Origin: Candidatus Phoenicimicrobium oleiphilum
GTDB lineage: Bacteria > Atribacterota > Phoenicimicrobiia > Phoenicimicrobiales > Phoenicimicrobiaceae
Direction: 5' to 3'
Length of the DNA: 64,000 bases
NCBI GenBank assembly: GCA_039638295.1
Contig: JBDIWJ010000002.1
Location: 12,415 to 76,414, forward strand
The first letter of the stretch is position 1. Every line of letters begins with the position of its first letter. This document shows, piece by piece, positions 36,662-47,740 of the stretch. The notes under the pieces are model-generated. The model did no database searches, had not been told where the DNA came from, and saw only the letters and a list, made by a program, of their open reading frames with translations. Both the position numbers and the translations under genes were made by a program.

Positions 36662-37186
36662 TTATGTTTTTGAGTATTTTTTAGCTTTTTGGGAAATAAC
36701 CATATTCTTTTTTGCTAATTGGTTTAGCAGCAACTGTCTTTTTGTCCTTCCTATCCTATCGATAAATAAAGTTCCTTCTAAATGGTCAATTTCATGTTGT
36801 AAAGCTCTGGCTATCAAATCTTCTTTAGTGATTTTAATCTGCTCCCCATCCAGATCTAAAGCTTCTACTGTTACTTTGGAAGAACGCTTAACATTGGCAT
36901 ATATATCAGGAAGACTTAAACAACCTTCCTCAGCAATACTCTCTCCCTCTTTATCCACAATTTTAGGATTTATTAAAGCTATTACTCCTTCTTCTCCACC
37001 ATCAACAATAATTATTCTTTTTAACACTCCTACTTGTGGTGCAGCAAGACCTACCCCTGAGGCAGCATACATCGTCTCTGTCATATCCTTTATAATATTT
37101 AATATTTCTGGAGTTATCTTTTCAACTGGTTGTGATTTTTCTCTTAAAACCGGGTCTCCATATACTTTAATTTCTAATATTGCCAT
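36662..37186 (-). CDS. def: peptide deformylase
   Basis: GVGLAAPQ, EGCLS and QHEIDHL motifs. Confidence 0.95.
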   Translation of the reverse strand: MAILEIKVYGDPVLREKSQPVEKITPEILNIIKDMTETMYAASGVGLAAPQVGVLKRIIIVDGGEEGVIALINPKIVDKEGESIAEEGCLSLPDIYANVKRSSKVTVEALDLDGEQIKITKEDLIARALQHEIDHLEGTLFIDRIGRTKRQLLLNQLAKKNMVISQKAKKYSKT

Positions 37187-37196
37187 CTTTTTCCTC

Positions 37197-39236
37197 CTAT
37201 AACATCTTTATGGGGTCCACATCTATAGTCAATCTATTTTCTTTATCAAAATAATTGGATACTATTTTATCAAGGCTTTTCTTAATGATTTTATTAAATT
37301 TTTCTAATTCTTTTACTTTTATTATGACCTGTGCACCAAAAATATTTCTGAATTTCCAGGCCTGTATATTTTTTGAACCTAACAATTTAAACTCCGGTGT
37401 TTCTTCATTTTCACATATTGAATCCAAGTAATCAATTAAAAGTTTCATCTTCTGTTCAACTTGTTCCTTTTCCTTACCCTTAACCTCAATTTTAATAAGA
37501 TGGGTAAACGGAGGATAATCCAGTTCCTTTCTTAAAGCAATTTCTCTCTGATAAAAATAATCGTAATTCTGTTCTTTCAGAGCAATTATACTATGATGGT
37601 CGGGATTAAAAGTTTGGATTATTACCTCTATGGGCGATTCTATCTTTTTAAAAGATGAAATAACCTCATATAATAATTGAAAATTTTTTTCACTTGAACG
37701 GTAATCCGGTAAATTCAACAAAGTATCAGCAGAGACAATCCCCACCAAATCTACATTTCTAAAATCAACTTCTTTTATTACCATTTGAGTTCCTATTAAT
37801 ATATCAATTTCTCCTGCTTTAAAATCTTTTAAAAGCTTGGTGTATTGCTCTTTTTGGGCTATTGTATCCTGATCTATACGCTTTATCTTGGATCGCGGAA
37901 ACATTTTTTTAATTTCGCTTTCCAATCTTTGAGTGCCTACCCCTAATGGTTTAATATCCTCACTGCCACATCGGGAGCAAATTTTTAACATTCTTATCCT
38001 TTTTCCACAACTATGACAAACCAATTGAGCTGTATTAAAAAAGTCTAAATGGTAAGAAAGAGTATGATTACAATCAGAACATTTAGGGACAAATCCACAT
38101 TTACGACAGATTACGAAATTCGAGAAACCCCTTCTGTTTAAAAAAAGAACAACTTGTTTCCTCTTCTTTAAACTTTTTGAAATAGATTCCTGGAGTTCAT
38201 AGCTTATTAACTTTTTCTTTGATTTTTCCTTATTCATATCTATTAATTTATTTTTTAATAAGCTATTCTCTTTTTTATCTGATATTAAATTTAGCTTTAG
38301 ATAATTGTTTTTTAGGGTATTCCAATAAGATTCCAGGGAAGGTGTTTCACTGCTTAATATTATCGGAACTTTTTCTAATTCCGCCCTCTTCAGGGCAACT
38401 TTTCGGGCATTATATCGGGGAGCTCTTTCCTCTTTGTATAAACCATTATGTTCCTGGTCAACTATGACCAGACCTAATTTATCAAAGGGTACAAATATGG
38501 TCGATCTCATTCCCAGAGCAATATCGATTTGTGAATTTCTTATTTTAAGCCATTTTATATATTTGTTCTTTTGACTGATATTCTCATCAAAGACTGCAAT
38601 TCTATCTCCAAATCTTCCTCTAAATATTTTAGCCAATACCGAAAGATGAGACTCTGAAGGGGTTAAAATAATTATTTGTTTGCCCTCTTCTAAGATTTTT
38701 TGAATAAATTTAAAATAAACTTCTATTCTTTCATCAAAATTTTCGGAACAAAAAAGTATGGGCTGATATTTTTTACTTTTTTTAATAAGTTTTTCTATAT
38801 CGGGAGAAATACATCTTTCTGCACTTTTTAAGGAAATATTTTTATCAACAAAAATATCATTATCTTCTATTTCTGCTTTTTCCAAACTTGAAAAACTGGA
38901 AATCCCTTTCCCTTTACTTTTAGGTATTACGTAATTTAATACCTTTCTCCAGGAACATAAATAATAATCTGAAATCCACTGAGTTAATTTTATAATATCA
39001 GGAGTAAGCAGGGGTTTAACATCTACCAATTGCGAAATATCCTTCAAGTTTTTGATAGCAGTTTTTTGAAGAAATCCTACTACACATCCGGTTACCACTT
39101 TATTTTTAAATGGTACAAGTACTCGGGCTCCCCAAGAAATGTCTCTTCTTAAATTTTCAGGTATATGGTAATGAAATATTTTATCAAGATTTACCTCTAA
39201 TAATACTATTTCCGCATATTTCTTTTCACCATACAT
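37197..39236 (-). CDS. priA: primosomal protein N' (replication restart helicase)
   Basis: SF2 helicase motifs plus Cys-rich zinc-binding insertion (CRKCGFVPKCSDC...CHSCG). Confidence 0.9.
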   Translation of the reverse strand: MYGEKKYAEIVLLEVNLDKIFHYHIPENLRRDISWGARVLVPFKNKVVTGCVVGFLQKTAIKNLKDISQLVDVKPLLTPDIIKLTQWISDYYLCSWRKVLNYVIPKSKGKGISSFSSLEKAEIEDNDIFVDKNISLKSAERCISPDIEKLIKKSKKYQPILFCSENFDERIEVYFKFIQKILEEGKQIIILTPSESHLSVLAKIFRGRFGDRIAVFDENISQKNKYIKWLKIRNSQIDIALGMRSTIFVPFDKLGLVIVDQEHNGLYKEERAPRYNARKVALKRAELEKVPIILSSETPSLESYWNTLKNNYLKLNLISDKKENSLLKNKLIDMNKEKSKKKLISYELQESISKSLKKRKQVVLFLNRRGFSNFVICRKCGFVPKCSDCNHTLSYHLDFFNTAQLVCHSCGKRIRMLKICSRCGSEDIKPLGVGTQRLESEIKKMFPRSKIKRIDQDTIAQKEQYTKLLKDFKAGEIDILIGTQMVIKEVDFRNVDLVGIVSADTLLNLPDYRSSEKNFQLLYEVISSFKKIESPIEVIIQTFNPDHHSIIALKEQNYDYFYQREIALRKELDYPPFTHLIKIEVKGKEKEQVEQKMKLLIDYLDSICENEETPEFKLLGSKNIQAWKFRNIFGAQVIIKVKELEKFNKIIKKSLDKIVSNYFDKENRLTIDVDPIKML

Positions 39237-39262
39237 ATTATCAAACTCATTAATTTATTTTT

Positions 39263-40459
39263 TTACTTTATCTTTAAAATCTCATCTAAGATTTTCTCAG
39301 CCATCTCCGTCTTGGGCATAAGAGGTAGTTCTTTATATACAATTCCTTCTTTATTTATAATCTTGGCTATATTTTTATCTGACCCAAATCCCGCATCTTT
39401 CGCTGATAAATCATTAGCAATAATCATATCTAATTTTTTCTCTCTTAATTTTTTACAGGCATTCTGGATTAAATTTTCAGTTTCTGCAGCAAACCCTACT
39501 AATATTTTATCCCCTTTCTTCTTCCCCAACTCAAATAGAATATCCGGATTTCTTTCCAATTCAATAGTCATCTTTTCAGTTTCTTCTTTTTTAATTTTTC
39601 CTGAAACTTTTTCTTTTGGCCGAAAATCAGCTACTGCTGCGGCGGAAATTACAATATCTGCTTCCTCAAAATATTTAAATACTTCACTTTTCATCTCCTC
39701 AGCAGTATTTACAGAAATTGTATTAATCCCACTTATAGCCGACAAACTGGTGGGCCCGGTAATTAGAATAACCTTTGCCCCTCTGGCCTGAGCTATTTTA
39801 GCTAAGGCAAAACCCATTTTACCTGTAGAATAGTTGGAAATAAATCTGACATCATCAATAGGTTCTCTGGTGCAGGAAGCAGTAATTAATACGGTCTTAT
39901 TTTTATAATCTTTTTTAAAATACAAGGTATTTTCTACCTTAGCGACAATTTCTTCTATATCTGCCAATCTGCCTTCCCCTACTTCTCCACAGGCTAAAGG
40001 ACCATATTCTGAATCTATAAATTCATAACCTAAGACAGCAAGCTTTTTAACATTTTCCTGGTAAATAGGATTTGATATCATATTTTTATTCATTGCCGGG
40101 GCAAAAATTACTTTGGATTTAAACGCCATTATAGTAGTAGTCAACATATCATCAGCAATACCATTGGCGATTTTCCCGACAATATTTGCCGTTGCAGGAG
40201 CAACTAATATCAAGTCAGCCCATTTAGAAAGAGAGATATGTTTTACCTCTATCTTGTCATTTGAAGAAAATAGATTAGTTATAACCGGGTGACCAGATAG
40301 AGTTGAAAAGGTTAAAGGTTGAACAAATTTTGTGGCAGATTCAGTCATAATTACAAAAACATCTGCCCCTTTTTTCTTTAATAAACTTAATATCTCAGCT
40401 GCCTTATAAGCAGCTATACTACCAGTAACCCCCAGTATAATCTTCTTCCCTTTTAACAT
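39263..40459 (-). CDS. coaBC: bifunctional phosphopantothenoylcysteine decarboxylase/phosphopantothenate-cysteine ligase
   Basis: Flavoprotein N-domain (GVTGSIAAYKA) and CoaB C-domain. Confidence 0.9.
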   Translation of the reverse strand: MLKGKKIILGVTGSIAAYKAAEILSLLKKKGADVFVIMTESATKFVQPLTFSTLSGHPVITNLFSSNDKIEVKHISLSKWADLILVAPATANIVGKIANGIADDMLTTTIMAFKSKVIFAPAMNKNMISNPIYQENVKKLAVLGYEFIDSEYGPLACGEVGEGRLADIEEIVAKVENTLYFKKDYKNKTVLITASCTREPIDDVRFISNYSTGKMGFALAKIAQARGAKVILITGPTSLSAISGINTISVNTAEEMKSEVFKYFEEADIVISAAAVADFRPKEKVSGKIKKEETEKMTIELERNPDILFELGKKKGDKILVGFAAETENLIQNACKKLREKKLDMIIANDLSAKDAGFGSDKNIAKIINKEGIVYKELPLMPKTEMAEKILDEILKIK

Positions 40460-40509
40460 CTTTTATCTCACCTTTCTCATATTAGGTAATACAATGCATA
40501 GGAAATGCT

Positions 40510-40761
40510 CTAAACACTGTTTTCTTTAAATAATTCCTCGGTTGTCTTGATTTCTTCTTTCTTTTTATGTTTTTCAGATTTTTCCAATGATGAAGTATTT
40601 TTTAGATATACCTTTCCCTCGTTAATCTCTTGCAAAGCAATTAATACAGCCTTTTTATGTTTAGGTTTTACCAAAGCTTTAGCACCATTTTGTAGTTGTT
40701 TCGCTCTTTTGGCAACCATCATAGCCAATAGATATTTATTTTCTTCCATATTCCCTTTCAC
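40510..40761 (-). CDS. rpoZ: DNA-directed RNA polymerase subunit omega
   Basis: YLLAMMVAKRAKQL core. Conserved position between gmk and coaBC. Confidence 0.8.
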   Translation of the reverse strand: MKGNMEENKYLLAMMVAKRAKQLQNGAKALVKPKHKKAVLIALQEINEGKVYLKNTSSLEKSEKHKKKEEIKTTEELFKENSV

Positions 40762-40779
40762 TCCTTTAATATATTGTCA

Positions 40780-41000
40780 TTTTTCTTTTATAGCCATTTC
40801 CCAGAAAGCCAAAATATTTTCCATAGCAAACGAGATATATATGGTACATTATCAAAATTTTATAACAAATTATGATTTTTTGGTTATAATTGTGTTGTAG
40901 GGGCACAATGAAGGACACGATGCATTATGCCCCCACATTTATAATGCATTATGCCTTATATTATCATTTTAGTCGCTTTTTGGGTTATAATTACATAATT
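40780..41000. repeat. composite about 200-bp repeat element (GGTTATTTCCC..AAAGC.AAAATA... TTTTGGTTATAATTGTGTTGTAGGGGCACAATGAAGGACACGATGCATTATGCCCCCACATT ... TTTTGGGTTATAATTACA)
   Basis: Shares left arm, central palindrome and right arm with copies at 59440-59700, 59745-59950 and 63285-63545. Confidence 0.8.
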
Positions 41001-41008
41001 ACTATCAA

Positions 41009-41650
41009 CTATCTTATTCTGCATCTTTCTGCAATTATTATAGATTCTATTTTTTTTACCGCATCCTCTATATTATCATTTACTACCAGATAATCATAAT
41101 TTTTCGCATACTTCATTTCATTAAATGCATCTTTTAATCTTCTTTCCAGGTCCTTTTCTGTTTCTGTTCTTCTCCCTCGTAATCTTTCTTCTAAATCTTT
41201 CCAGGAAGGAGGGGCGATAAAAATAAAAATCCCTTCTGGGAATTTATTCTTTATCTGAGCAGCTCCCTGAACATCTATCTCCAGCAATACATCTTCCCCT
41301 TTTTGTCTTTGCTCTATTAAAAAATCTAAAGGAGTCCCTTTATATTCTCCGTGGACAAGTGCCCATTCGGCAAATTTATTTTCCTCTATCATCTTTTTAA
41401 ATTCATCTTTAGATATAAAATAATAATCAATCCCGTTTCTCTCTCCTTTTCGAAGAGGCCGAGTAGTTACAGACACCGAGTATTTTAAATCTGGAAAAAC
41501 TTCAAATATCTTTTCCCTTATAGTTCCTTTCCCTACTCCAGAGGGACCAGAGACAACAAATAGTAAACCTCTCTTCTTTCTCTTATCTTCTATCTCGTAT
41601 CTCATATCTAATTTAGAGATAAAAGATAAAAAGTCTTTATCAGTACTCAT
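41009..41650 (-). CDS. gmk: guanylate kinase
   Basis: P-loop LLFVVSGPSGVGKGT and GMP-binding motifs. Confidence 0.9.
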   Translation of the reverse strand: MSTDKDFLSFISKLDMRYEIEDKRKKRGLLFVVSGPSGVGKGTIREKIFEVFPDLKYSVSVTTRPLRKGERNGIDYYFISKDEFKKMIEENKFAEWALVHGEYKGTPLDFLIEQRQKGEDVLLEIDVQGAAQIKNKFPEGIFIFIAPPSWKDLEERLRGRRTETEKDLERRLKDAFNEMKYAKNYDYLVVNDNIEDAVKKIESIIIAERCRIR

Positions 41651-41662
41651 TTTTAAAATTAC

Positions 41663-41944
41663 CTACTTTGTAATATTTTCTTTTGATTCTGGAACTTGAA
41701 GGGTAAGTCCAGTAAATCTTTGGGCTATGGTTTCGGGCTGGATAGATGATAAAATTATGTGATCACTGTCGGTAATTATTATCGCCCTTGTTCTCCTACC
41801 ATAAGTAGCATCAATCAACCTCTTTTGGACCTTTGCCTCTTCTTTTATCCTTTTCAAGGGTGCTGAATCTGGACTTAATATAGAAATAACCCTTGTAGAA
41901 TTTACAAAATTACCAAAACCAATATTTACTAAACTATTTATCAT
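41663..41944 (-). CDS. remA: RemA/YlzA (DUF370) family protein
   Basis: [17 protein letters not shown] signature. Conserved position between yicC and gmk. Confidence 0.8.
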   Translation of the reverse strand: MINSLVNIGFGNFVNSTRVISILSPDSAPLKRIKEEAKVQKRLIDATYGRRTRAIIITDSDHIILSSIQPETIAQRFTGLTLQVPESKENITK

Positions 41945-41962
41945 TCTTATTTCCTCCTCGTG

Positions 41963-42844
41963 TTATTCAATATTGCGAGCCTGTTCTCTTATCTTTTCTA
42001 ATTCACTTTTCACAGCTATAACCAGAGAAGCTATCTTTAAATTATTATTCTTGGAGCCGATAGTGTTTGCTTCCCGGTTGATCTCTTGAATTATAAAATC
42101 CATTTTCCTGCCCATCGGTTCATCTGAACTCATCAAATCACTAAGTTGAGTTAAATGGCTTCTTGCCCTGATAATTTCTTCAGTTATATCGGTCTTTTCG
42201 GCAAATATGGCTGCCTCTAATTCAATTCTTCCTTCATCCACATTTAAACCATCAGTTAGATTTTTTATCTTTTTTAAAAATTCATCCTTATAGTCAGTTA
42301 AAGACAATTTTGAACATTTCTCAATCTTATCCAGTAACTTTATTATCTTTTTTGTCCTTTTCTTTATATCATTGGCAAGGACCTTGCCTTCTTTTTCCCT
42401 CATTCTTAATAATGATTCTAAAGCTTTATTTACGCTTTCCTCTATCAAGGGCCACATCTTATCAGTTTCTTCTTCTCTTACTACCTGAAAAATATCCTTG
42501 AATTTAATTATGGAATCCATATTTATTTCATCTTTGAATTTATATTTATCTTTTAAATTCTTTAGGGATCTATAGTAAGAATCACACAACTCTTCGTTTA
42601 TTATTACCTTCTCTTCCTCAGGACCATACTTATTTAATTTTATTAATACATTTACTTTTCCCCTGGATATCTTTTCCTTTATAAGTTTTTCGATTTTTTG
42701 TTCAATTTCTAAAGACTGGACAGAATTTTTTATAATAACATCACAATATTTGTTATTTAATGTTTTTATTTCTACCAAACATTCCTGGTCTGCTTTTTTA
42801 ATCTTTCCCACTCCATAGCCGGTCATACTTCTAACCAATTTCAT
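41963..42844 (-). CDS. yicC: YicC/YloC family stress-induced protein
   Basis: MKLVRSMTGYG N-terminus and YicC C-terminal domain. Confidence 0.8.
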   Translation of the reverse strand: MKLVRSMTGYGVGKIKKADQECLVEIKTLNNKYCDVIIKNSVQSLEIEQKIEKLIKEKISRGKVNVLIKLNKYGPEEEKVIINEELCDSYYRSLKNLKDKYKFKDEINMDSIIKFKDIFQVVREEETDKMWPLIEESVNKALESLLRMREKEGKVLANDIKKRTKKIIKLLDKIEKCSKLSLTDYKDEFLKKIKNLTDGLNVDEGRIELEAAIFAEKTDITEEIIRARSHLTQLSDLMSSDEPMGRKMDFIIQEINREANTIGSKNNNLKIASLVIAVKSELEKIREQARNIE

Positions 42845-43054
42845 TTCCCCTTTACACAATAGTTATTTTCCAAAAATAAAAAAATATTTCCCACAGGTTA
42901 TGTATCTGGTATATTATAGAGGCACAATGAATTGTGCCCTCTTATATTATTGCCTAATTTCTAAAATTATAAACTTCACATTAATTTTATGGTAATAGTC
43001 AAGGTATGTCAAATAATATTGTATAAAACCAGTATCAGACATATATTATCACAT

Positions 43055-43275
43055 AACCGTAGGACAGACGTCTTGCCTGTCAGGGTAGGGGTTCGATTCA
43101 TCGAACCCGAAAAAGTTACGATGTATCGTGCCCTTCTTTTATTTTCTTGATTATATTCCTCTAATAGATTATATTTATTATACAGGAAAATTTCTCTCCT
43201 GTAATCCTAATTAGCCTATAGGCAAGAGTACTAAATCAGGTAACGGGTCGGATAAATCCGACCCCTACATCATAT
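43055..43275. repeat. palindromic repeat units upstream of rqcH
   Basis: GTAGGACAGACGTCTTGCCTGTC, GTAGGGGTTCGATTCATCGAACCC, GATGTATCGTGCCC, GGGTCGGATAAATCCGACCCCTACA. A GGGCACAATGAATTGTGCCC copy lies at 42910. Confidence 0.75.
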
Positions 43276-43373
43276 TTGTGAAGAAACATAATAAGTTGAT
43301 AACTGACAATTTGTATTTAATACTAACGACTATTTACTATTCACTAACGACTAATTTAAACAAGGAGCCTAAA

Positions 43374-45206
43374 ATGTCCTTAGATAGTATTAGTTTGGCA
43401 GCAATTAAAAAAGAACTTATCGATATGTTTAAAGATGCAAAGATAGTAAACATATTTCAAGTTAAAAAATACAAAATTATTTTCGAAGTAAAACCTGTCA
43501 GAGCTTTACCCTCTTATAATAGTGGCAGTATAGCTAAAAGTAGGAAATTATTTCATATTCATATTTCGACAGATCCCTCAAAGATGGAAATCTATTTTTC
43601 AGAGGCAGAAAATATCAAAGAAACTATTAGTTCTCCTTTTTTAGCTTTATTGCAAAGCCAGCTCATCGGGGGGAAGATTTTAGATATAAAACACCCCGAT
43701 TTTGACCGAATATTGCATTTCATTATCCAGCCTTATCTTAAATTTGGTGAAACCAAAAACGTAACCCTGATTGTAGAGTTTATGGGCAAACACAGTAATA
43801 TAATTCTGCTTAATGAAAATAATTTGATAGAAGGAAGCATCAAATCGATAACTTCAAAAATCAACAGATACAGAGAGGTAATTCCTGGTAAATTATACAT
43901 TCCCCCTCCCTCTCAAAATAAATTAAACCCCTTAGAAATAAGTAAAGAAAATTTCTTTAATATCTTTTATTCCTGTACTGATAAAGAACTTAGTCTCGGC
44001 CAGCTTTTGCAAAATAAACTCAAAGGGATAAACCCCCAGAGTGCAAAAGAAATAATTTTCCAGGCAAATTTACTTCCAGACAAGAAAATTTTGGAAGTAT
44101 CACCCGAGGAATTAGAATCTTTATGGTCTTCTTTAAACAGAATTGCAGAAGAGATTAAACATCACCACCTTAATCCCACCGTCTTTTTAGACCCTCTATC
44201 AAAAAAGATAAAGACTTATTCCCTAATTGGATCCAGGCAATTCCCCCGATATAGCAAATTATCATTTAATGATGCAAACTCCTGCTTAAAATATTTCTTT
44301 ACTGAATGGGAAAAAGAAAGAGAAATTATTTCTTTAAAGAATAAATTAGAAAACATAATTAATAAAAATATGGCCAAACTAAATGCTAAGATGCAGGTTT
44401 ATCAGAAGAAAATCGAAGAAGTAAAAAATTGTGAGAGATATAAATTGATGGGTGAATTGATAAAATCAAATCTTGGCCATATTAAACGGGGAGATACAGA
44501 AATTACTACTATTAATTATTACTCTCCTCAGCAAGAAGATATAACTATTCCCTTAAATAGCAGTCTAACTCCCTTACAGAATGCTCAGTCATATTTTAAA
44601 AAATATAGAAAAACAAAAGATAGTCTGAAAGTAATTTCTGAACAATTAAACAGCAACCAGGTAAAACTCTCCCAATTAGAAGAACTTCAAGAATTATATA
44701 AGCAGAACAGTGATTCTCTTTCCAATCTGCATCAAATTTATAATAACTTAGTAAAATTGGGATTAGTCAAGAAAGTAATTACCCCCGCTAAAAAGCAGAA
44801 AAAAGAAATAAATAAATTAAGACCGGCAAAATATATTTCTAAAGATGGTTGGGAAATTTATGTAGGCAAAAACAACCAACAGAATGATTTTTTAACTCTA
44901 AAGCTCGCCTCAGGAAATGATATCTGGCTACATACAAAAACTATTCAGGGCGCCCATGTAATTATTAAAAATAAAGGTGGTAACCAGACTCCGCCACTAA
45001 GCACCTTACTCCAAGCTGCCCAATTAGCTGCTTATTTTAGTAAGGCTAAAAATGAAAATAAAGTGATGGTTGATTACACTCTTAAAAAATATGTAAAAAA
45101 ACCTAAAAATGCCAAACCTGGTATGGTTACTTATTCTCACGAAAAAAGTCTCATAATCAAAATAAATCCTCAGGATATTAAAGATATAATTTCTCCGGTG
45201 AATTAA
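43374..45206 (+). CDS. rqcH: ribosome quality-control factor RqcH (NFACT/FbpA family)
   Basis: Start MSLDSISLAAIKKEL with AAGGAG RBS. NFACT-N, coiled coil and NFACT-R (DIWLHTKTIQGAHVII) domains. Confidence 0.85.
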   Translation: MSLDSISLAAIKKELIDMFKDAKIVNIFQVKKYKIIFEVKPVRALPSYNSGSIAKSRKLFHIHISTDPSKMEIYFSEAENIKETISSPFLALLQSQLIGGKILDIKHPDFDRILHFIIQPYLKFGETKNVTLIVEFMGKHSNIILLNENNLIEGSIKSITSKINRYREVIPGKLYIPPPSQNKLNPLEISKENFFNIFYSCTDKELSLGQLLQNKLKGINPQSAKEIIFQANLLPDKKILEVSPEELESLWSSLNRIAEEIKHHHLNPTVFLDPLSKKIKTYSLIGSRQFPRYSKLSFNDANSCLKYFFTEWEKEREIISLKNKLENIINKNMAKLNAKMQVYQKKIEEVKNCERYKLMGELIKSNLGHIKRGDTEITTINYYSPQQEDITIPLNSSLTPLQNAQSYFKKYRKTKDSLKVISEQLNSNQVKLSQLEELQELYKQNSDSLSNLHQIYNNLVKLGLVKKVITPAKKQKKEINKLRPAKYISKDGWEIYVGKNNQQNDFLTLKLASGNDIWLHTKTIQGAHVIIKNKGGNQTPPLSTLLQAAQLAAYFSKAKNENKVMVDYTLKKYVKKPKNAKPGMVTYSHEKSLIIKINPQDIKDIISPVN

Positions 45207-45244
45207 GAAAATAAATTTTTTCTTGAAATCCCTTTGGCTTACAA

Positions 45245-45375
45245 TAGCTGCTAGTTATTACTGTATTGTAGGGGCACAATGAATTGTGCCCTTATTGTTT
45301 ATTACCTACTGTCTCTTGTGGGCACGATGCATCGTGCCCCTACATTCCTGATAATCTTGTGTGCTCTTTGGGTTA
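45245..45375. repeat. palindromic repeat element (GTAGGGGCACAATGAATTGTGCCC ... GTGGGCACGATGCATCGTGCCCCTACA ... GGGTTACAATCATTGATCA)
   Basis: A near-identical copy lies at 46320-46425 on the other side of rluD. Confidence 0.8.
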
Positions 45376-45378
45376 CAA

Positions 45379-46305
45379 TCATTGATCATTTTTTCTTAAA
45401 TAACTAATCAGTTCCTGCATATCAGTAGGTAAAGGAGCACTAAATTCCATATGTGTTTTGGTAAAAGGATGGGCGAAACCTAAAATATATGAATGTAAGG
45501 CTTGTCTATTTATATTTAATTCCTGCTTTCTTCGGCTATATACTTTATCACCGACCACAGGATGACCGATGAAAGATAGGTGAACCCTTATCTGGTGAGT
45601 CCTACCAGTGTAGATCTCTACTTCAAGTAAAGTATAATTTAAAAATCTCTTTAATACTTTAAATTTAGTAAAGGCATCCCTGCTCTTCCCTTCAGTTACT
45701 GCCATTTTTTTTCGGTCTCTTAAACTTCTACCGATTGGGGCATCGATAATTCCAGACTCATTTTCTACCTCTCCATAAACTAAAGCGAGGTATTTTTTAG
45801 TTATCTGACGATTTTTTATCTGGCAAGATAAATCAAGATGGGCAAAGTCATTTTTGGCAACCACCATTATACCTGAAGTATTTTTGTCTAGCCGATGAAC
45901 AATTCCCGGTCTAATTATCCCGCCTATCCCAGACAGTGAATCCTGGCAATGATATAATAAGGCATTAACCAGGGTACCAGAACGTACTTTCCCAGCTGGA
46001 TGAACTATCATTCCTGGCGGTTTGTTAACCACAATTAGATATTCATCTTCATAGATAATATCCAAGGGGATTGCTTCTGCTTTAATCTCTAATTCTTTCG
46101 CATCTGGAAGATATAAATCAATTTTATCTCCATTTTTTAATAGGTAACTTGGCTTCACAGAGTTATTATTTATTTTTATCTTGCCCTGGGTGATTAGATT
46201 CTGGACTTGGGACCTGGAGGGGAGTATTTCTTCTCTGGTTAAATAGGTATCGATTCTAATCCTATCTTCACCATCATAAAAGATAGTTTTTTCTTTTTCT
46301 TTCAT
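45379..46305 (-). CDS. rluD: 23S rRNA pseudouridine synthase, RluA/RluD family
   Basis: S4 domain N-terminus and HRLDKNTSG catalytic motif. Confidence 0.85.
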   Translation of the reverse strand: MKEKEKTIFYDGEDRIRIDTYLTREEILPSRSQVQNLITQGKIKINNNSVKPSYLLKNGDKIDLYLPDAKELEIKAEAIPLDIIYEDEYLIVVNKPPGMIVHPAGKVRSGTLVNALLYHCQDSLSGIGGIIRPGIVHRLDKNTSGIMVVAKNDFAHLDLSCQIKNRQITKKYLALVYGEVENESGIIDAPIGRSLRDRKKMAVTEGKSRDAFTKFKVLKRFLNYTLLEVEIYTGRTHQIRVHLSFIGHPVVGDKVYSRRKQELNINRQALHSYILGFAHPFTKTHMEFSAPLPTDMQELISYLRKNDQ

Positions 46306-46319
46306 CTATCAAAGACATC

Positions 46320-46425
46320 CTTTACATTGTAGGGGCACAATGAATTGTGCCCTTATTGTTTATTACCTACTGTCTCTTGTGGGCACGATGCATCGTGCCC
46401 CTACCTATTATAAATTACCTATTAC
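46320..46425. repeat. palindromic repeat element, near-identical to 45245-45375
   Basis: GTAGGGGCACAATGAATTGTGCCCTTATTGTTTATTACCTACTGTCTCTTGTGGGCACGATGCATCGTGCCCCTAC matches the other copy over more than 70 nt. Confidence 0.85.
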
Positions 46426-46431
46426 CTGTTA

Positions 46432-47259
46432 CTATTTTTCTATTATGTGCTCTTGAATATTTTGCTTTCTCTTCTTTAGAATATTCATAAAAATTAATGA
46501 ACAAAGGACAATAATAATGCAAATAGCTTGAGTAATAGTTAAATTAAAAAATATGTAATCATCTTCATAGAACCTAAAAAATTCTATGACAAAACGAGAT
46601 ATGGAATACAATATCAAGAAAGTCAAAAAAATGAATCCATCATATTTTTTATACTTTTTTATCCACAGAAGAATTATAAAAATTAAAAATCCATACAGGG
46701 AAGAATAAAGTTGAGTTGGAATTACCGGGAGAGTATGGGAGCTCCCAGAAGCAATCAATCCATCTTTTAAATGTTGCATATATACAGGAGGCATATTTAA
46801 AGCAGGAAACTTGATTCCACATTTTTCTGATACTATACCAAAACAACAACCATTTAAAAAACAACCTATTCTTGCAATTCCTAAGCCGAGAGCAATAGAT
46901 GGAGCTATAATGTCAGTATATTTCCAAAATGAAAGCTTACTCCTCTTAACATACCACGAACCAAGAATAAAGGCTAAAATAAAACCTCCAAAAAAGGCTA
47001 ATCCTCCTTGCCTGAAATAAAATATTTTCACAGGGTTTTTTAAATAATAATCAAGATAAAATATCACATAGCCTAATCTTCCCCCTATTAGAGCACCTAT
47101 AATAACATATAAACTTATATCTAAAATTCTCTCCGGGTCTTCTCCACACCTTTTTGCTTCTTTCATAGCTAATAATATTCCTGCTATAAAAGCTAAAGCA
47201 ATCATTACTCCATAAGAATAAATGGGAAATGAACCAATATTGAATAAAATTCTGTACAT
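46432..47259 (-). CDS. lgt: prolipoprotein diacylglyceryl transferase
   Basis: Multi-TM protein with IGGRLGYVIFY signature. Confidence 0.9.
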   Translation of the reverse strand: MYRILFNIGSFPIYSYGVMIALAFIAGILLAMKEAKRCGEDPERILDISLYVIIGALIGGRLGYVIFYLDYYLKNPVKIFYFRQGGLAFFGGFILAFILGSWYVKRSKLSFWKYTDIIAPSIALGLGIARIGCFLNGCCFGIVSEKCGIKFPALNMPPVYMQHLKDGLIASGSSHTLPVIPTQLYSSLYGFLIFIILLWIKKYKKYDGFIFLTFLILYSISRFVIEFFRFYEDDYIFFNLTITQAICIIIVLCSLIFMNILKKRKQNIQEHIIEK

Positions 47260-47265
47260 TATATT

Positions 47266-47739
47266 CTACTCCTTATTTTCTTCTTTGGTATAAAATAAAA
47301 AATAAACTAATAATATTAACATCCCGCATACTATTGCCGTATCGGCAAAGTTAAAAATTGGCCAAATTCGAAAATCTAAAAAATCTATTACCCTCCCAGT
47401 TCTCAGCCGGTCAATAAGATTCCCTACCGCCCCACCTAGAACGAGGGTTAAAGGAACATACATAATGGATTCTTTCTTAAAAACTATCTTTCTGGAAATT
47501 AGAATAGTCAAAATTACCGAGATTAAAATTGCTATTACCAAAAATATAGTTTGATATTGAAAAATTCCAAAGGCAGTTCGAGGATTTTCTATATAGGTAA
47601 TATGAAATATCCCTTTGATTATAGGTATAGATTCTCCGATTTTCATTTTTTGTTGAACAAGAAATTTGCTCCCTTGGTCGAATAGTATTACTAATATTGT
47701 CCAGACGATAAATTTCATTGTCCTTCCCTTTCTACTCAT
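47266..47739 (-). CDS. lspA: lipoprotein signal peptidase II
   Basis: IWPIFNFADTAIVCG motif. Confidence 0.85.
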   Translation of the reverse strand: MSRKGRTMKFIVWTILVILFDQGSKFLVQQKMKIGESIPIIKGIFHITYIENPRTAFGIFQYQTIFLVIAILISVILTILISRKIVFKKESIMYVPLTLVLGGAVGNLIDRLRTGRVIDFLDFRIWPIFNFADTAIVCGMLILLVYFLFYTKEENKE

Positions 47740-47740
47740 T